DNA of 64,000 nucleotides, taken from positions 17,998,879-18,062,878 of the forward strand of contig NC_068994.1 of NCBI RefSeq assembly GCF_001194135.2, in the 5' to 3' direction. Below are positions 1 to 12,345 of the stretch, in pieces (position 1 is the first letter of the stretch; each line of letters starts with the position of its first letter). This stretch comes from Octopus bimaculoides. Taxonomy: Eukaryota. The notes under the pieces were generated by a model. That model saw only the letters and a program-made list of their open reading frames with translations. It was not told where the DNA came from and made no database searches. The translations under genes were made by a program, and so were the position numbers.

Positions 1-164
1 CATATATATGCGTGTGTATATATGCATACATATGTGTATGTGTGTGTATGCATATATATATGTGTGTGTGTGTATGCATATATATGTGTATGTGTGAGTG
101 TGTATATGCATATATATGTGTGTGTATGTATATGCATATGTGTGTGTGTGTGTGTGTGTGTATT

Positions 165-207
<43 letters not shown>

Positions 208-238
208 CCGCGAGTGAATATATGTGTCTGTGTGTATT
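1..238. repeat. Compound (GT)n/(AT)n microsatellite
   Basis: Directly visible dinucleotide array. Confidence 0.95.
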
Positions 239-989
239 TATAAACTTTCATTGATAGATGTGTTTAGCCTTAAATCCAGATTCCAATTCACTTGTTACTG
301 ATTTTCTTGGCTTGCTGTCAAAATTCTTATCATACATAAACTGACTTTGCCACTGTTATCCACTATTTCATTGTCTCTGTCTTATATGCAAGCAACAAAG
401 TTTCTCACACAGTAAACCAATCTATTTCTGCTGAGGCAATAAATCTAAACTGTCAGATTCTTCAGATTTCTGTAGAATATTTGCTTCATTCTTCTGATTC
501 AATATATTTTTATGACCTTAGTATTCATTGTTTCTTATTTCTGTTAAGTGTTGAAGTGCATTTTTGTTGTTTTTTTTTTTTCTCTTTTAACTATTGTTGA
601 TGATGTATTGTTTTCATATGAATTACATAACAGCTTTTCAGTAGAATAGAAAGAACTGGTAGGTCACTGCTTACCAATTCTGCTGATTATATTGATAAGA
701 AACTCCTTACAGTTATTGGGTTAATGTGGCATTCTGTTAATTTATATTAATCTAATTATGATAAGTAATTATTTGTTTTATTACCAATCTGGTGTAGACA
801 TATATAGTTATATAATGATAGAGTTATTGTCTCTGAAAGAAAAATAACAAGAAAGAAAATAAGCAAGTGCCTTAGCTTCCTTAACTATGATGCAGTGTCC
901 TTCTCCCTGATGCAACTTCCGTCTCCATGCTGTACCATTGCCAACATCATTTCACTAAATCATATTTAAAGGAAGTAGTTATTTCTCAA

Positions 990-1370
990 TAATTGAAAGT
1001 TTGTGGTAAAATTACTTGATAATGTGCATAGCTCAGAGATCAGGGAGTTTGTCCAGGTTGAGTCACTACTTCTCTGCATGGAGAGGTTACAGGTTCAATA
1101 TTATGGACATGTGATTAGAATGTTGCAGGAAAGAATTGTAAGACAGATTCTTCAAGCTGAGCCAACTGACAGGAAATCTAGGGGATAGACTGAGAAAGAG
1201 ATGGTTGGATAATATTCGCAATCACATTTAGACTTGGAAATAATGCTGGAAAGTGTGGGTAGAAAAGATGAATGTTGTACATGAATAGCTAAGTCTGAAG
1301 CACAATGAAGTGTTAATTCATAGTTTTTCTGGTTTCTCTGCTGGTTGGCTCTAATCAAACTGATCCATGA
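990..1370 (+). mobile_element. RTE-type LINE 3' fragment
   Basis: Translation LQVQYYGHVIRMLQERIVRQILQAEPT...RWLDNI resembles the RTE ORF2 C-terminus; related copy at ~48610-48960. Confidence 0.7.
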
Positions 1371-1499
1371 TTTAACATATACAGGCCATAACTATCTTAT
1401 CTTGTTGCATATCTATGACTACATTATTCAGTTCTTTATTTTAAGATGGTAGAGTGTGATTTTTGATGGATGTTTGGCTGCTATTTCTGTGGGCTGCTA

Positions 1500-1915
1500 C
1501 CAAGACACCAGAACTTTAGTGTGTTGATGCCCAGAGAAGCAGCAGGTTCAAGATATGGTGACTGATGGAACATATTTGTCTGGTTGCATGTCTCTGGACA
1601 GTTTCCAGTAAACTGATGTTTTGGACAAGATGGGGCTTCCAGACTGGAAATGCAAACCATAAGTGTGGACATACCATAGCCATATATAGTTTTAAATAGC
1701 CAGTAAGTGGTGGCTGATGGATGTCTTACTGTGTGATGCTAAAACACCTTCAGCCTTTTTGGTGATTTTATAAATGTGATTCATCCAACACAGATCATTG
1801 TTAATAATGCCTAGGTTGCATTTACCACCAGACCTCTTAAGGTTGGTGTTCTGGGGGCAATAGATCAATTCAAGGATTTTCCTTACAAAATGTCTAATAA
1901 TAATAGTCCACTTTT
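1500..1915 (-). mobile_element. CR1/L2-like LINE reverse transcriptase C-terminal remnant
   Basis: LGIINNDLCWMNHIYKITKKAEGVL and MVCPHLWFAFPVWKPHLVQNISLLETVQRHATR match post-RT motifs of CR1/L2/Jockey-group LINEs. Confidence 0.7.
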
Positions 1916-2028
1916 CTACAACCAGCTTTAGTTAACCGCTCAATGATTTATTTCTGCATTGTGTCCAGTAAAAGAGTAATAAATAAATAAATATATATAT
2001 ATACATATTTATATACATACATACATAT

Positions 2029-2090
2029 ATGGGACTGAACCCGGAACCATGTGGTTGGTAAGCAAGCTACTTACCACACAGCCACTCCTG
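2029..2090 (-). mobile_element. tRNA-derived SINE head (called family B here)
   Basis: Near-identical to the head of the copy at 15650-15715. Confidence 0.8.
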
Positions 2091-2244
2091 TGTATGTATA
2101 TGGAGATGTCCTCCTGGGGCTAAAAGCAACAGTAACATCCACCCCTAGGGGTCAGCCACACTTAAGTGGCAATATATTTCACTTTATCGTGCAGTTACTG
2201 TTAATACTTCATTTAGAGAATTAACATTGCTTATNNNNNNNNNN

Positions 2245-2286
<42 letters not shown>

Positions 2287-2490
2287 CAACCTGCACAGAT
2301 AATTTGTGTACAGTGATGAAATATTTCTACCATACATTAGCTCACTCCTACCATCAAATCAGTATTGGTTGTACAATTGCACAGTGTACCACATAAAGCC
2401 AGATCTACCACTAGGTAAACTAGGCGACTGCTTAGGGTAGCAACATGTAAGGGTAGGCAAAATCTGGGGATGTTTTGGGAGGTGCTGACT

Positions 2491-2535
<45 letters not shown>

Positions 2536-3423
2536 AAGGAATTTATTATTATAATGTGATAATTTTGTCATTATAACAAAAATATTCACTTATCAAATCA
2601 TCAGCCATTAGTAAGTAAAGTTTGNNNNNNNNNNNNNNNNNNNNNNNNNNNNNNNNNNNNNNNNNNNNNNNNNNNNNNNNNNNNNNNNNNNNNNNNNNNN
2701 NNNNNNNNNNNNNNNNNNNNNNNNNNNNNNNNNNNNNNNNNNNNNNNNNNNNNNNNNNNNNNNNNNNNNNNNNNNNNNNNNNNNNNNNNNNNNNNNNNNN
2801 NNNNNNNNNNNNNNNNNNNNNNNNNNNNNNNNNNNNNNNNNNNNNNNNNNNNNNNNNNNNNNNNNNNNNNNNNNNNNNNNNNNNNNNNNNNNNNNNNNNN
2901 NNNNNNNNNNNNNNNNNNNNNNNNNNNNNNNNNNNNNNNNNNNNNNNNNNNNNNNNNNNNNNNNNNNNNNNNNNNNNNNNNNNNNNNNNNNNNNNNNNNN
3001 NNNNNNNNNNNNNNNNNNNNNNNNNNNNNNNNNNNNNNNNNNNNNNNNNNNNNNNNNNNNNNNNNNNNNNNNNNNNNNNNNNNNNNNNNNNNNNNNNNNN
3101 NNNNNNNNNNNNNNNNNNNNNNNNNNNNNNNNNNNNNNNNNNNNNNNNNNNNNNNNNNNNNNNNNNNNNNNNNNNNNNNNNNNNNNNNNNNNNNNNNNNN
3201 NNNNNNNNNNNNNNNNNNNNNNNNNNNNNNNNNNNNNNNNNNNNNNNNNNNNNNNNNNNNNNNNNNNNNNNNNNNNNNNNNNNNNNNNNNNNNNNNNNNN
3301 NNNNNNNNNNNNNNNNNNNNNNNNNNNNNNNNNNNNNNNNNNNNNNNNNNNNNNNNNNNNNNNNNNNNNNNNNNNNNNNNNNNNNNNNNNNNNNNNNNNN
3401 NNNNNNNNNNNNNNNNNNNNNNN

Positions 3424-3462
<39 letters not shown>

Positions 3463-3499
3463 TAATGTACCAATGTCTCTGCAAAAAAATAAAAATCAG

Positions 3500-3818
3500 C
3501 ATCGGTCAGGCATTGGCAAAATTTTTATGTACACAGTGGCTTTTTGTGGAGAATTTTTTCTCAGGAATTAAATCATGGAGGAGCCAGGGAGGTTTTTAAA
3601 AAGAAGTTTTTTTCCACAGGCATATTCCAATGGGATTTTTAGCTCCTTTTTCACTTAATATCAATCATATGATTGATAATTATTTAATAAATATTTATAT
3701 TAAATTCTTATATAATGTTTGCTTCAAGAAACCATTCAAATTCTATGAGTAAGACCTGTCATATTTGTTTGAGTAATATACTCAATTATATTGAACTTCA
3801 CTTAAACTGTTTTTGTAA
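3500..3818 (+). mobile_element. 5' segment of a composite hAT element, shared with 55136-55475
   Basis: Long colinear similarity to the reverse complement of 55136-55475. Confidence 0.7.
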
Positions 3819-4856
3819 TCTATCTAATAAAATAGAGTTGTGTATGAATTTGATTTTCATGCCAAAATGGCTGCATGAAGTGCCTCCATATTTGGCATGT
3901 GTAAATGATTTCATTGCAGAAAAATAATAGGGTATTCAGTTTATTTTTTTCTTAAAAATTAATAATATTGCCTTATGTATATGATCCACTTCTTTCAAAA
4001 GGTTTTTCAATATCAACTTCCGATATGGATGTAGCAATGGAGAATTGTTCGTTTTCATTTGCAAATTCTCTCACTTTCTCTTTGAATGTTTTCATTTCAA
4101 GTTTTAATACACTATTTGCAAACAACTACGATAACTTACTGAAAGAAGTAACAACCTTGGGAGGAGCCTTTTTGATAAAAAATATAAAAAAAATAATTGT
4201 AAATATTTTCAGAGGAAAAAGAGTACGATTCAAGGGAGATTTGGCTGTTGTTTCTTGCACATCCCAAACCACCCTCCATTTTCACACTAGCATCTATTTA
4301 TTGAAAAGCGTCAATACATTACGGAGATGTACTTGCATGGCAAGTGACTTGATCTGAGATCGTGAGCTGAAACAAAAACAATTGCAGTGTGGAAGATATT
4401 TGTAATGTTTTAACAACGCATAAAAACTGTTAGTTTCACTTCATATAAATTTCATTTGTATCAAAATATTTTTGTCACTTTGAAACTGCAACCTGTTCAC
4501 TAACAAAGCTTGGCCAAGTTTTGTCAATGACAAATATCTTCCATGCTGCAATTGTCACCAATACATTTGACAGTGAGAAAGAAATGATAATCATAATTCA
4601 TTCTGTTTAAAAGGTATTTGTATTAAATTTCATTAAAAGCTGTACATTTTCCTGAAAGTTATGAGGGAAAAAAGTTGGATCATGTGAATTTTCCAAAACT
4701 CCTCTCCCCACCCTCTCAGAAAAATTCTTTCCCATAAATCCCTAGATAGTCTGCATCCACAGCATCTAAACTGTATTTGTTGAAAATTTTGTTAAAAAGT
4801 ATATATTTTTCTAGAAGTTATGAGGTAACAGTCAGGTGGGGGTACACATCTGTAGT
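3819..4856 (+). mobile_element. Non-autonomous Helitron-like element
   Basis: 5' end A|TCTATCTAATAAAATAGAG; same 5' region at 35146 (upstream of Helitron Rep remnants) and 55135(-); 3' boundary uncertain. Confidence 0.55.
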
Positions 4857-4889
4857 TATGCAGCTATATCTATGTATGTATATATCTAT

Positions 4890-5578
4890 CTAACGAGATT
4901 TCCAAGTTTAGTTTTGTAACTTCATTTATTCTTTGGTATAATATTCTTTTTGAAATTAACATTACTACCAAAAAATTTCAGTCAAAAGATTTAACCATAG
5001 ACTCTGCACTATGTTATTGATTGCAGAAGTGATAAAAAATTTGAAGGAGTACTCTTTGATGCTTGTGAGGTAGCTGATGAGTTTGGTATGTGTGCAAAAT
5101 TTGAAGCAAAGCCAGTGTGCATTAGAAGGGAAAAATGAACCTATCCAGGCTAGTAAACAAAGCTACAAAATAAATTTTTATTTTGCAATACTGGATACAT
5201 CAATTAACTCAGTTTCAGAATGCTTTGAACAACTGAAACAGATAAATTCCATCTTCGGCTTTCTGTAAGATATAAATCTTTGCAATATAAAACTTCTCAT
5301 CAAGTAATGGAATTTTGCATAAAACTTGAGTCTACCCTACAGGCTGGAGAGTCAAAGGATATTGATGCTAAAGGTTTGTCTAATGAACTGAATGTCATAT
5401 CAAGAAGACTTGAAAAATTCTATGGTCCTCTGAACGTGCTTGGGCTACTTCGTGAGCAGCAACAAAGAGAAAGCTTTCCAAATTTGTACATCACTCTCAG
5501 AATCTTGCTAACCCTACCAGTAAGTGTTGCAAGCAGAGAGTGTAGCTTTTCAAAACTTAAATTAATAAAGACATATCT
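4890..5578 (+). pseudogene. hAT transposase C-terminal remnant with dimerization domain
   Basis: FPNLYITLRILLTLPVSVASRECSFSKLKLIKTY is the hAT dimerization motif; frameshifts and stops upstream; ends at N-gap. Confidence 0.9.
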
Positions 5579-5755
5579 NNNNNNNNNNNNNNNNNNNNNN
5601 NNNNNNNNNNNNNNNNNNNNNNNNNNNNNNNNNNNNNNNNNNNNNNNNNNNNNNNNNNNNNNNNNNNNNNNNNNNNNNAAATAAGGCATCAGTAGTGCTT
5701 TTACCTGGCACGAACCCAAACTGCATTTATTTTTAATACATTACTGCTCTATGCT

Positions 5756-5899
5756 TTATCAAATTGTCCTTCAGAAATTGGATGTATTTGGCATTATTCA
5801 AGTTACTGTCAATTTTAACCAACTTTCTTGAGCCATCACATTTTATGTATTCTTACCCCCAGACTTCATTGTCTGCGATGTGTAATATAGGTTGTTTCG
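5756..5899 (-). repeat. Inverted duplicate of 5943-6102
   Basis: Reverse complement aligns by eye with 5943-6102 apart from a 17-nt indel. Confidence 0.9.
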
Positions 5900-5942
5900 C
5901 TTTCCTGGAGGCCTTTTGACAAATTTTCACTTATTAGAAATT

Positions 5943-6560
5943 GAAACGACCCATATTACACGACGAAAACAGTGAAGTTTTGGGGTAAGTGTCTGATGCT
6001 TTAGGGATACATAAAAAGTGATGGTTCAAGAAAGTTGGTTAAAATTGACAGTAACTTCAATAGTGCCAAATACATCCAGTTTCTGAAGAACAATTTGATA
6101 ACAGACTTGGATGAAGGTGAGATTTTTTAGCATGACGGAACTCCATGCCACAGATCACATGCAATGCAACAGAATCTGGCTGATGACGGTGTTACCATAT
6201 TGAAAGATTTGCCAGCTCAGAGCTTTGACTTCAATATCATCAAGCAAATGTGGTCAGAACTAAAGAGAACAGTTTGTCAGAAGAATCCATGCATTCTTGA
6301 AGAGTTGTGGGAACTCAGCCACAGAGAATGGCATCACATACCTGTGAAGATGGTGAAGGATTTATACTCATCTCTTCCCAGGCACATTGAAGTAATTATT
6401 CAAGCTAAGGGAAGCGACACGAAATATTAACAATGTACAGGAACTTCTTGAAATGAATATTATGTAATAGACTTTCATTATAGAAATTTTTCTGTTTTAA
6501 AACACTGTATCTTGACCGGTTTATATGTGGTGGCCGAAAACTTTTACACGGCCATTTTTG
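5943..6560 (+). pseudogene. Tc1/mariner transposase catalytic C-terminal remnant
   Basis: VKFWG...HDGTPCH...PAQSFDFNIIKQMW...LYSSLPRHIEVIIQAKGSDTKY* matches decayed Tc1 DD34E region. Confidence 0.85.
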
Positions 6561-6610
6561 GTGGCCATTTCACATGTTCCCCTCTCATTCAGAACCCCTA
6601 CTACAAAATA

Positions 6611-6747
6611 TAATGATTAGGTATGAAAATGACTCCAACAGGGCCAATGTTTCATCTGTAAAAAGTGCAATGCGAAACATCCACTTATGTTGACAATTAG
6701 TAGAAATTTACAATAGTTTAAAGTGGCTGAAGACTTTTGCATGGTAC

Positions 6748-6748
<1 letters not shown>
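6611..6748 (+). mobile_element. Tc1-like right terminus
   Basis: Ends gacttttgcatggtactg, the reverse complement of a CAGTAC..GCAAAAGT Tc1-type TIR, next to a TG/TA array. Confidence 0.5.
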
Positions 6749-6809
<61 letters not shown>

Positions 6810-7328
6810 TATACATACACACACATATAGATATGCAGACAGACAGACATTTATCTAACTATCTAACTATTTTCAAATACCTACATACATTGACAGCACT
6901 TCAAGACACAATTTCAGCATCTTTATAAACTTATTGCTTTGTTTATCTGATCTTATCAAAGTAAATTGACTTTGAATCTATTGAAAAATAAATCTATTTT
7001 CAACAGATTCAAAGTCTGTTTATTCTGTAAAAGCAAGCTCTGAAAAAGTTTTCAAATCTCACTTTATAATATCAGTAGGGGAAGTAAGTAACCTAGCTAA
7101 ATTCAAAAAGGAAGACTGAACAACATACCCAGAATATCATACCTGTCATGTTCTACTAAATACACTACCTGACAAAATATGCAACATGATCCAACAGTAG
7201 ACTGAAGCACAGTTTGTCTAGTTTGAAATCAATTGGCTACTTCCATGACTATGGTCCACTCAACAACTACAATAACAACAACACCAGTATGGTAGCAATG
7301 GTGACAGCAGCAACAACATAATTTTTAA

Positions 7329-7548
7329 CCCTTAAGTGTTTAAACTGGTCATATCCAGCCAAAATATTCTACATGTTTTATACTCAAACTGGCGATATCT
7401 AGCCTCTCACACCTTACCTACATTGACATTCTAAAAATAAACAATCACATCATTGAAACCTCAAAGCTATAAGATAATGCATGATTAATTCAAAACGATT
7501 TGAGTGAAAAAGTATTATATTTAACAGAGTAATCTGAACACTAAAGGG
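7329..7548. mobile_element. piggyBac-type MITE
   Basis: TTAA|CCCTT...AAAGGG|TTAA termini; further copies at ~15170-16003 and 42359. Confidence 0.85.
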
Positions 7549-8324
7549 TTAAACTATTTTTTGGGTTTTTTTTCTCAGTCCTTTCCAAAAATCATTTATC
7601 ATTAACTTCAAGATATTGGTGTAATTATCATCATCATTTAATGTCCACCTTCTTTGCTGACAAGGGTTGGATGGTTTGACAAAATCCCATCACTCCAAGG
7701 TCTGTATCAAGGTACACTGACTGCTCTGGCATGGTTTCTATGGCTGATTTTTTCCTATTACCCGTCACTTTACAGGATATACTGGATGCTTTTTTTTTTA
7801 AATTGATGGCATGAAAAAAGAACCCAGGTTTTTTTTTTTTTCTTTTGTGCTGATTGCCATGCAGCTCACAAGACTATGAAACTCAAGTTGAGGAGAGATT
7901 AGGGTTAAGGTACAAGAAAGGGGAAGAGTAGAGCAGGTTCCTGTAGAGGAACTACATTGCTACTCACATTTAGAGGAGAGGATGAGAAAGAACCAGTAGC
8001 AGTAGTGAAGAGATAAAAAAAGTTAATAAACTGTTGTATACCAATAGTAAAGAAAGTGTTAAATGTTTTACAGAAATCTTACAAAAAGAAAGCCACATGT
8101 TCTTGTATCATCAGACATCATACCTCACACTATGAAGTAAACTTTCTAATTTTACTTACAGCATTAGATTAGCATATGCTGTGTTATAAGTAAACTTGCT
8201 ATATTTGATAGTTTATAAGGTGCATGAGTTTATATGATGCATCTCAACAGTAGCAGGCCTTTTCTTCACTCACTACTTGCCGATAACCTAAACTTTAACT
8301 TTGTATTTATAAGATACATGCTCA

Positions 8325-8610
8325 GTGCTTAGGATATTGGGATCACAATCATGTGTTCAATACCAGCGGTGCATTGTGTCCTTGGGCAAGACACTTTATT
8401 TCATGTTGCTCCAGTCCACTCGCCCAGCAAAAATAAGTAACACCTGTATTTCAAAGGACCAGTGTTACACTGAATCTACCCAAGAACTACTTTAAGGGTA
8501 CATGTATATAAGGAATGCTCAGCCACTTGCACATTAATTTCATAAGCAGGCTGTTTCGTTGATCAGATCAACTGGAACCCTCATCCTCATAACTGACAGA
8601 GTGCCAGTTT
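8325..8610 (+). mobile_element. tRNA-derived SINE (family E)
   Basis: B-box-like head followed by gtccttgggcaagacacttt core; 3' half matches the reverse complement of 11431-11610. Confidence 0.7.
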
Positions 8611-8726
8611 TTAAGATACATACTGATCTTCTGAGATATCTTTTAGTTTTCTTTTGGAAAAGGGAGTGCCTTATTAGCCACTAAACCACAGTAATTAATA
8701 CTGCTTCATTTATTTGGTCACTTTAC

Positions 8727-8767
8727 AAATGCCATTTCTTCTTCCTTGTTTCACTGAAGAATTTATG
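8727..8767 (-). CDS. Possible small downstream exon (HKFFSETRKKKWH)
   Basis: Acceptor ttcttgctttccacaag|; donor GTAAAG; phase 0 start matches the 14867 exon end; only 41 nt so chance is plausible. Confidence 0.2.
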
Positions 8768-9619
8768 CTTGTGGAAAGCAAGAACATAATTGATCATTAA
8801 GCATTCCATATAAATCAATTTTACCTATGTAAGAAACTATTTAGATTTTTTTACAGTAAATTAGCTTCAGCTTTAGCAACTTTATTTTATTGAGTGAGAA
8901 ACTTTGGCTGTAAACATTACTTATAATATGAAAACATTGCTACATTTGTTTCATGCAAATATTGCCAAGCTAACAGATTACCTTTTAAACTTGCTTTTTT
9001 TTTATGTCTGATTCTTAACAACACACTAATGTAATGTATCTATTTCCATTTTCACTCTTTGATTTTCCCCACTTATTTAGCTTGAATTTTTTTTTCTTTT
9101 TTTTTTTTCTGTTCAGCAGAACTACAAAACTTCAACTGTGAAGCAAAGCTGTACCAAATGTCATGTGCCAGATGTTGGCAAAACTCCAAAAGGGAATAGG
9201 ATTTTGCAAAGATATGCAGTTTCAGTCTCGTGAAAATTCTAATTAACTTCACTAAAGTAACACATCCTTTTGTTTACCTTTTTCAGTTAAGTGGTTGACA
9301 AATCAAGACTAGCAACTAAGTATCAGCCCAACAGTATCAGAAAAACAGCATGTTTTGTATTTAGGAAGAACTAGTTAGAATCACAGCATTGGGTAGTCAG
9401 TACAAACACAGACTACCCAAACTAACAGGGAGACACAACTTCAGGTGCATTAGATACTCTGAAGTATCTAACAGCATGAGTAGTTATGGACTAATGACCA
9501 TACACTGATCAAGCAGTTAAGTACAAAGTTGCAATATTTAGATATTATTAGATAGATAGCAGAAGAGTTGCTTTGTGTCCATGTGAGGAACTGTTAATAA
9601 CAATGTATTTCTTACTCTT

Positions 9620-9950
9620 TGTAAGAGGAAAATTATATGAGGCGTACAATCTGTGGGTACAACAGCTTATCAAGTAAGACATGCAATATGTTCTGAAAGG
9701 GAAACCTAATTAGTGAATGCTAAACAACTGAAACAATTGAAAAAGTATGGTTTGCTGAATGTTCAGTGTTTACAGGCTTAGAGAATTTGTGTGCAAGAGA
9801 TTTAAGAAAGTGATTAAGTTTTCATGAGAGAAAATAAGTCTGGTTTGGATGTGTAATGTAAAGAGATGATACAGGCTTGATATAAATATTAACAAACATT
9901 GTTGATTCAAATTATCTATAGTAGAGGTACTTTAATATTAAAACAAGGAA
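9620..9950 (+). mobile_element. Highly decayed RTE-type LINE fragment
   Basis: Fragmentary GKLYEA..., RLRWFG-like motifs across frames. Confidence 0.35.
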
Positions 9951-10744
9951 GAAAAAGTCATACTAAACATAAGAAAATTAGTCAAGGATGTTTCACCAAT
10001 CTTTTTTTCTACTTGCTGTATATAGGAGAAAGCTGTAATGCCCATAGCTTTCATAGACCCTTCTAGACCAGTGAGATAGATGCCATTAATATACTTCTTG
10101 AACTTTGCAAGTCAATATCTGCAGGAAAGACATAAGCAGAATGCTAAAGGACCAACATTCTGGGAAGGGATGACTGTATGTAGGGATTAGCAAGCAATAA
10201 GAATCTAATTAGAAATAATTAGGTGATGAGGAAAAGGCATTATCTCAATGACTAATATTATTTTAATTATGTCAACAAGTATGGGAGACAACTCAGAACA
10301 TGATTCAATTTAATAGATCTCAGCAAAGTCCTTCACTGTTCATGCCAAAATAATAAGAGAAACTAGATGCCTCACTTTCCAATATTTCATATGAGGTGTG
10401 AAAAATTAGAATATCTTAGAAAATAAATTTGAGAAATTATTCAAAGTTGTCTCTTGTACTTGCCAAAGTAATTTGAAATAACATTAGTCATTGACTAATA
10501 TTTGCTTTTTTTCCCATGTAATTATCTCTAATTACCTTTCTAATGCTCACTACATTAAATATGTCAGTAATAACTTAAAAGTTATTTTTCATGTGGATTG
10601 TGTCTTCAAGCAATTTCATCCCCAGTAATATATCACATTTTCCAAAATAAGAAAATTAGGCTCCATAGATGAATCAAAATGTGAAGAAAGAAGCTGTTCT
10701 GTAGTGAGTTCAATCAATGAGAGAAAAATAATCATTAAAACATT

Positions 10745-10890
10745 GATGCTGCTGCTGATGATGATGAGGGTGGTGGTGGTGGTGGTGTGGCAGGGTGATG
10801 ATGACGGTGATAGCATAGTAATGATGATGGAAATGATGGTAGTGGTAGTGGTGGTGGTCGTGTAGTGATGATGATGGGGAGGAGGACGAC
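10745..10890. repeat. Compound (GAT)/(GGT)/(AGT) trinucleotide low-complexity tract
   Basis: Directly visible. Confidence 0.85.
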
Positions 10891-11430
10891 AATAAGATTC
10901 TTACTAAAATAATCCAGTTTTGTTTGTAGTTGTTTTGCCTTTTAATTAAAGTTGTGTTAATGTGTGCATGTGCACTCATATGCAAGCACATGACATAGTA
11001 AAGAACAAGCTACCTAATTATGCAAATAAAATATCATTGCACTGTTGAGCAACAGCAGCAGTAGCCAGCTTTGCTGCTGCCACCACTACCACCATCAACA
11101 TCATCAACATTATTTTGTGCCCACTTTTCCATGGGTTAGATGGGTTTTCTGAAGCAGTGTTCTACAGCTGGACACCCTTCTAGTCCCCAACCATTTTGTT
11201 CATATCTCACAATGCAAGAACATAGTATGATTATTCTAAAACCAAGGCAAACACTGCACTATCAATGCATTCTTGATTACTGCATTATATGTTAACTGGT
11301 TGAGGATCTTTGAGATACTAGATAAAAAATTAAACACATTACACAACAACATCCCAACAACTGAGTCATATACAGCAAGCTTCCCAGAAACTATGAGATT
11401 TGAACTCAAAATCATATACTACTCATTGAT

Positions 11431-11814
11431 GTTGTTGGCACTCCGTCGCTTACGACATCGAGGGTTCCAGTCGATCCACTCAACGGAACAGCCTGCTCGT
11501 GAAATTAACATGCAAGTGGCTGAGCACTCCACAGACACATGTACCCTTAACGTAGTTCTCGGGGATATTCAGCGTAACACAGTGTGACAAGGCTGGCCCT
11601 TTGAAATACAGGTACAACAGAAACAGGAAGAAAGAGTGAGAGAAAGTTGTGGTGGAAGAGTACAGCAGGGTTCACCACCATCCCCTGCCGGAGCTTTGTA
11701 GAGCTTTTAGGTGTTTTCGCTCAATAAACACTCACAACGCCCAGTCTTGGAATCGAAACTGCGATCCTATGACTGCAAGTTCGCTGCCCTAACCACTGGG
11801 CCATTGCGCCTCCA
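11431..11814 (-). mobile_element. tRNA-derived SINE (family A head, family E-like tail)
   Basis: 12-bp TSD ctactcattgat at 11419-11430 and 11815-11826; head matches the 16949 and 32797 copies. Confidence 0.9.
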
Positions 11815-12124
11815 CTACTCATTGATATATACTAATCATATACCACTCAATTATCTGTGAGTTTTAGCTAGTATATAAAATAATGCAACAACTCAAGCGG
11901 AAAACAAAGGTCATGATCCATGAGTTGAATCATTAATGCTTTACCAAATTGGTCTTCAAGATCAGAAACCTAAATGAGAAAAAAAAATCTCTTAACTTTT
12001 TTCATACCAACACTCCTGAGACCACCCATGGTTTTATGATACAAATTTCTTGTTTCAAAGTGCTTCAGATTAAAACCTACCATCAAAATTTAATTTTAAT
12101 TTATATTCTAATCACTAGCTTAAT

Positions 12125-12345
12125 GGTTCTTTCTACTATAGGTACAAGGCCTGAAATTTTAGGGGAGGGATCTATTGATTATATTGACCCCACTGCTCGA
12201 CTGGTACTTATTTTATCACATCTGAAAGGATGAAAGGAAAAGCTGACCTTGGCAGAATTTAAGCTCAGAATATAAAGCCAGAAAAAATGTCACTTTGCAT
12301 TTTGTCTGGTGAGCTAACAAATCTGCAAGCTTACCACTTTAATAC
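12125..12345 (-). mobile_element. tRNA-derived SINE (family C)
   Basis: Reverse match to the ggtgagctggcagaat...gttagca...ctttgcctttcatcc family. Confidence 0.75.

Noticed and set aside
12-254. ORFs rich in CV/YI/HT/LS repeats here and throughout the track
   Set aside because: Translations of dinucleotide microsatellites; stop-free by composition
290-530. Minus-strand peptide NQKNEANILQKSEESDSLDLLPQQK
   Set aside because: Short, bounded by stops, and no pyrimidine-rich acceptor
1740-1915. Apparent exon with AG acceptor and GTAAGA donor
   Set aside because: The peptide matches CR1/L2-type LINE motifs, so it is a retroelement remnant
2549-3599. Long ORFs containing X runs (also 22434-24012 and 59199-59945)
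   Set aside because: They span N-gaps and are not evidence of coding
3968-4357. 129-aa ORF
   Set aside because: Lies in the Helitron-like non-coding repeat; homologous copies do not preserve the frame
9960-10120. Minus-strand open stretch KFKKYINGIYLTGLEG... after a good acceptor
   Set aside because: All three frames from the acceptor hit a stop; the long frame begins after a TGA
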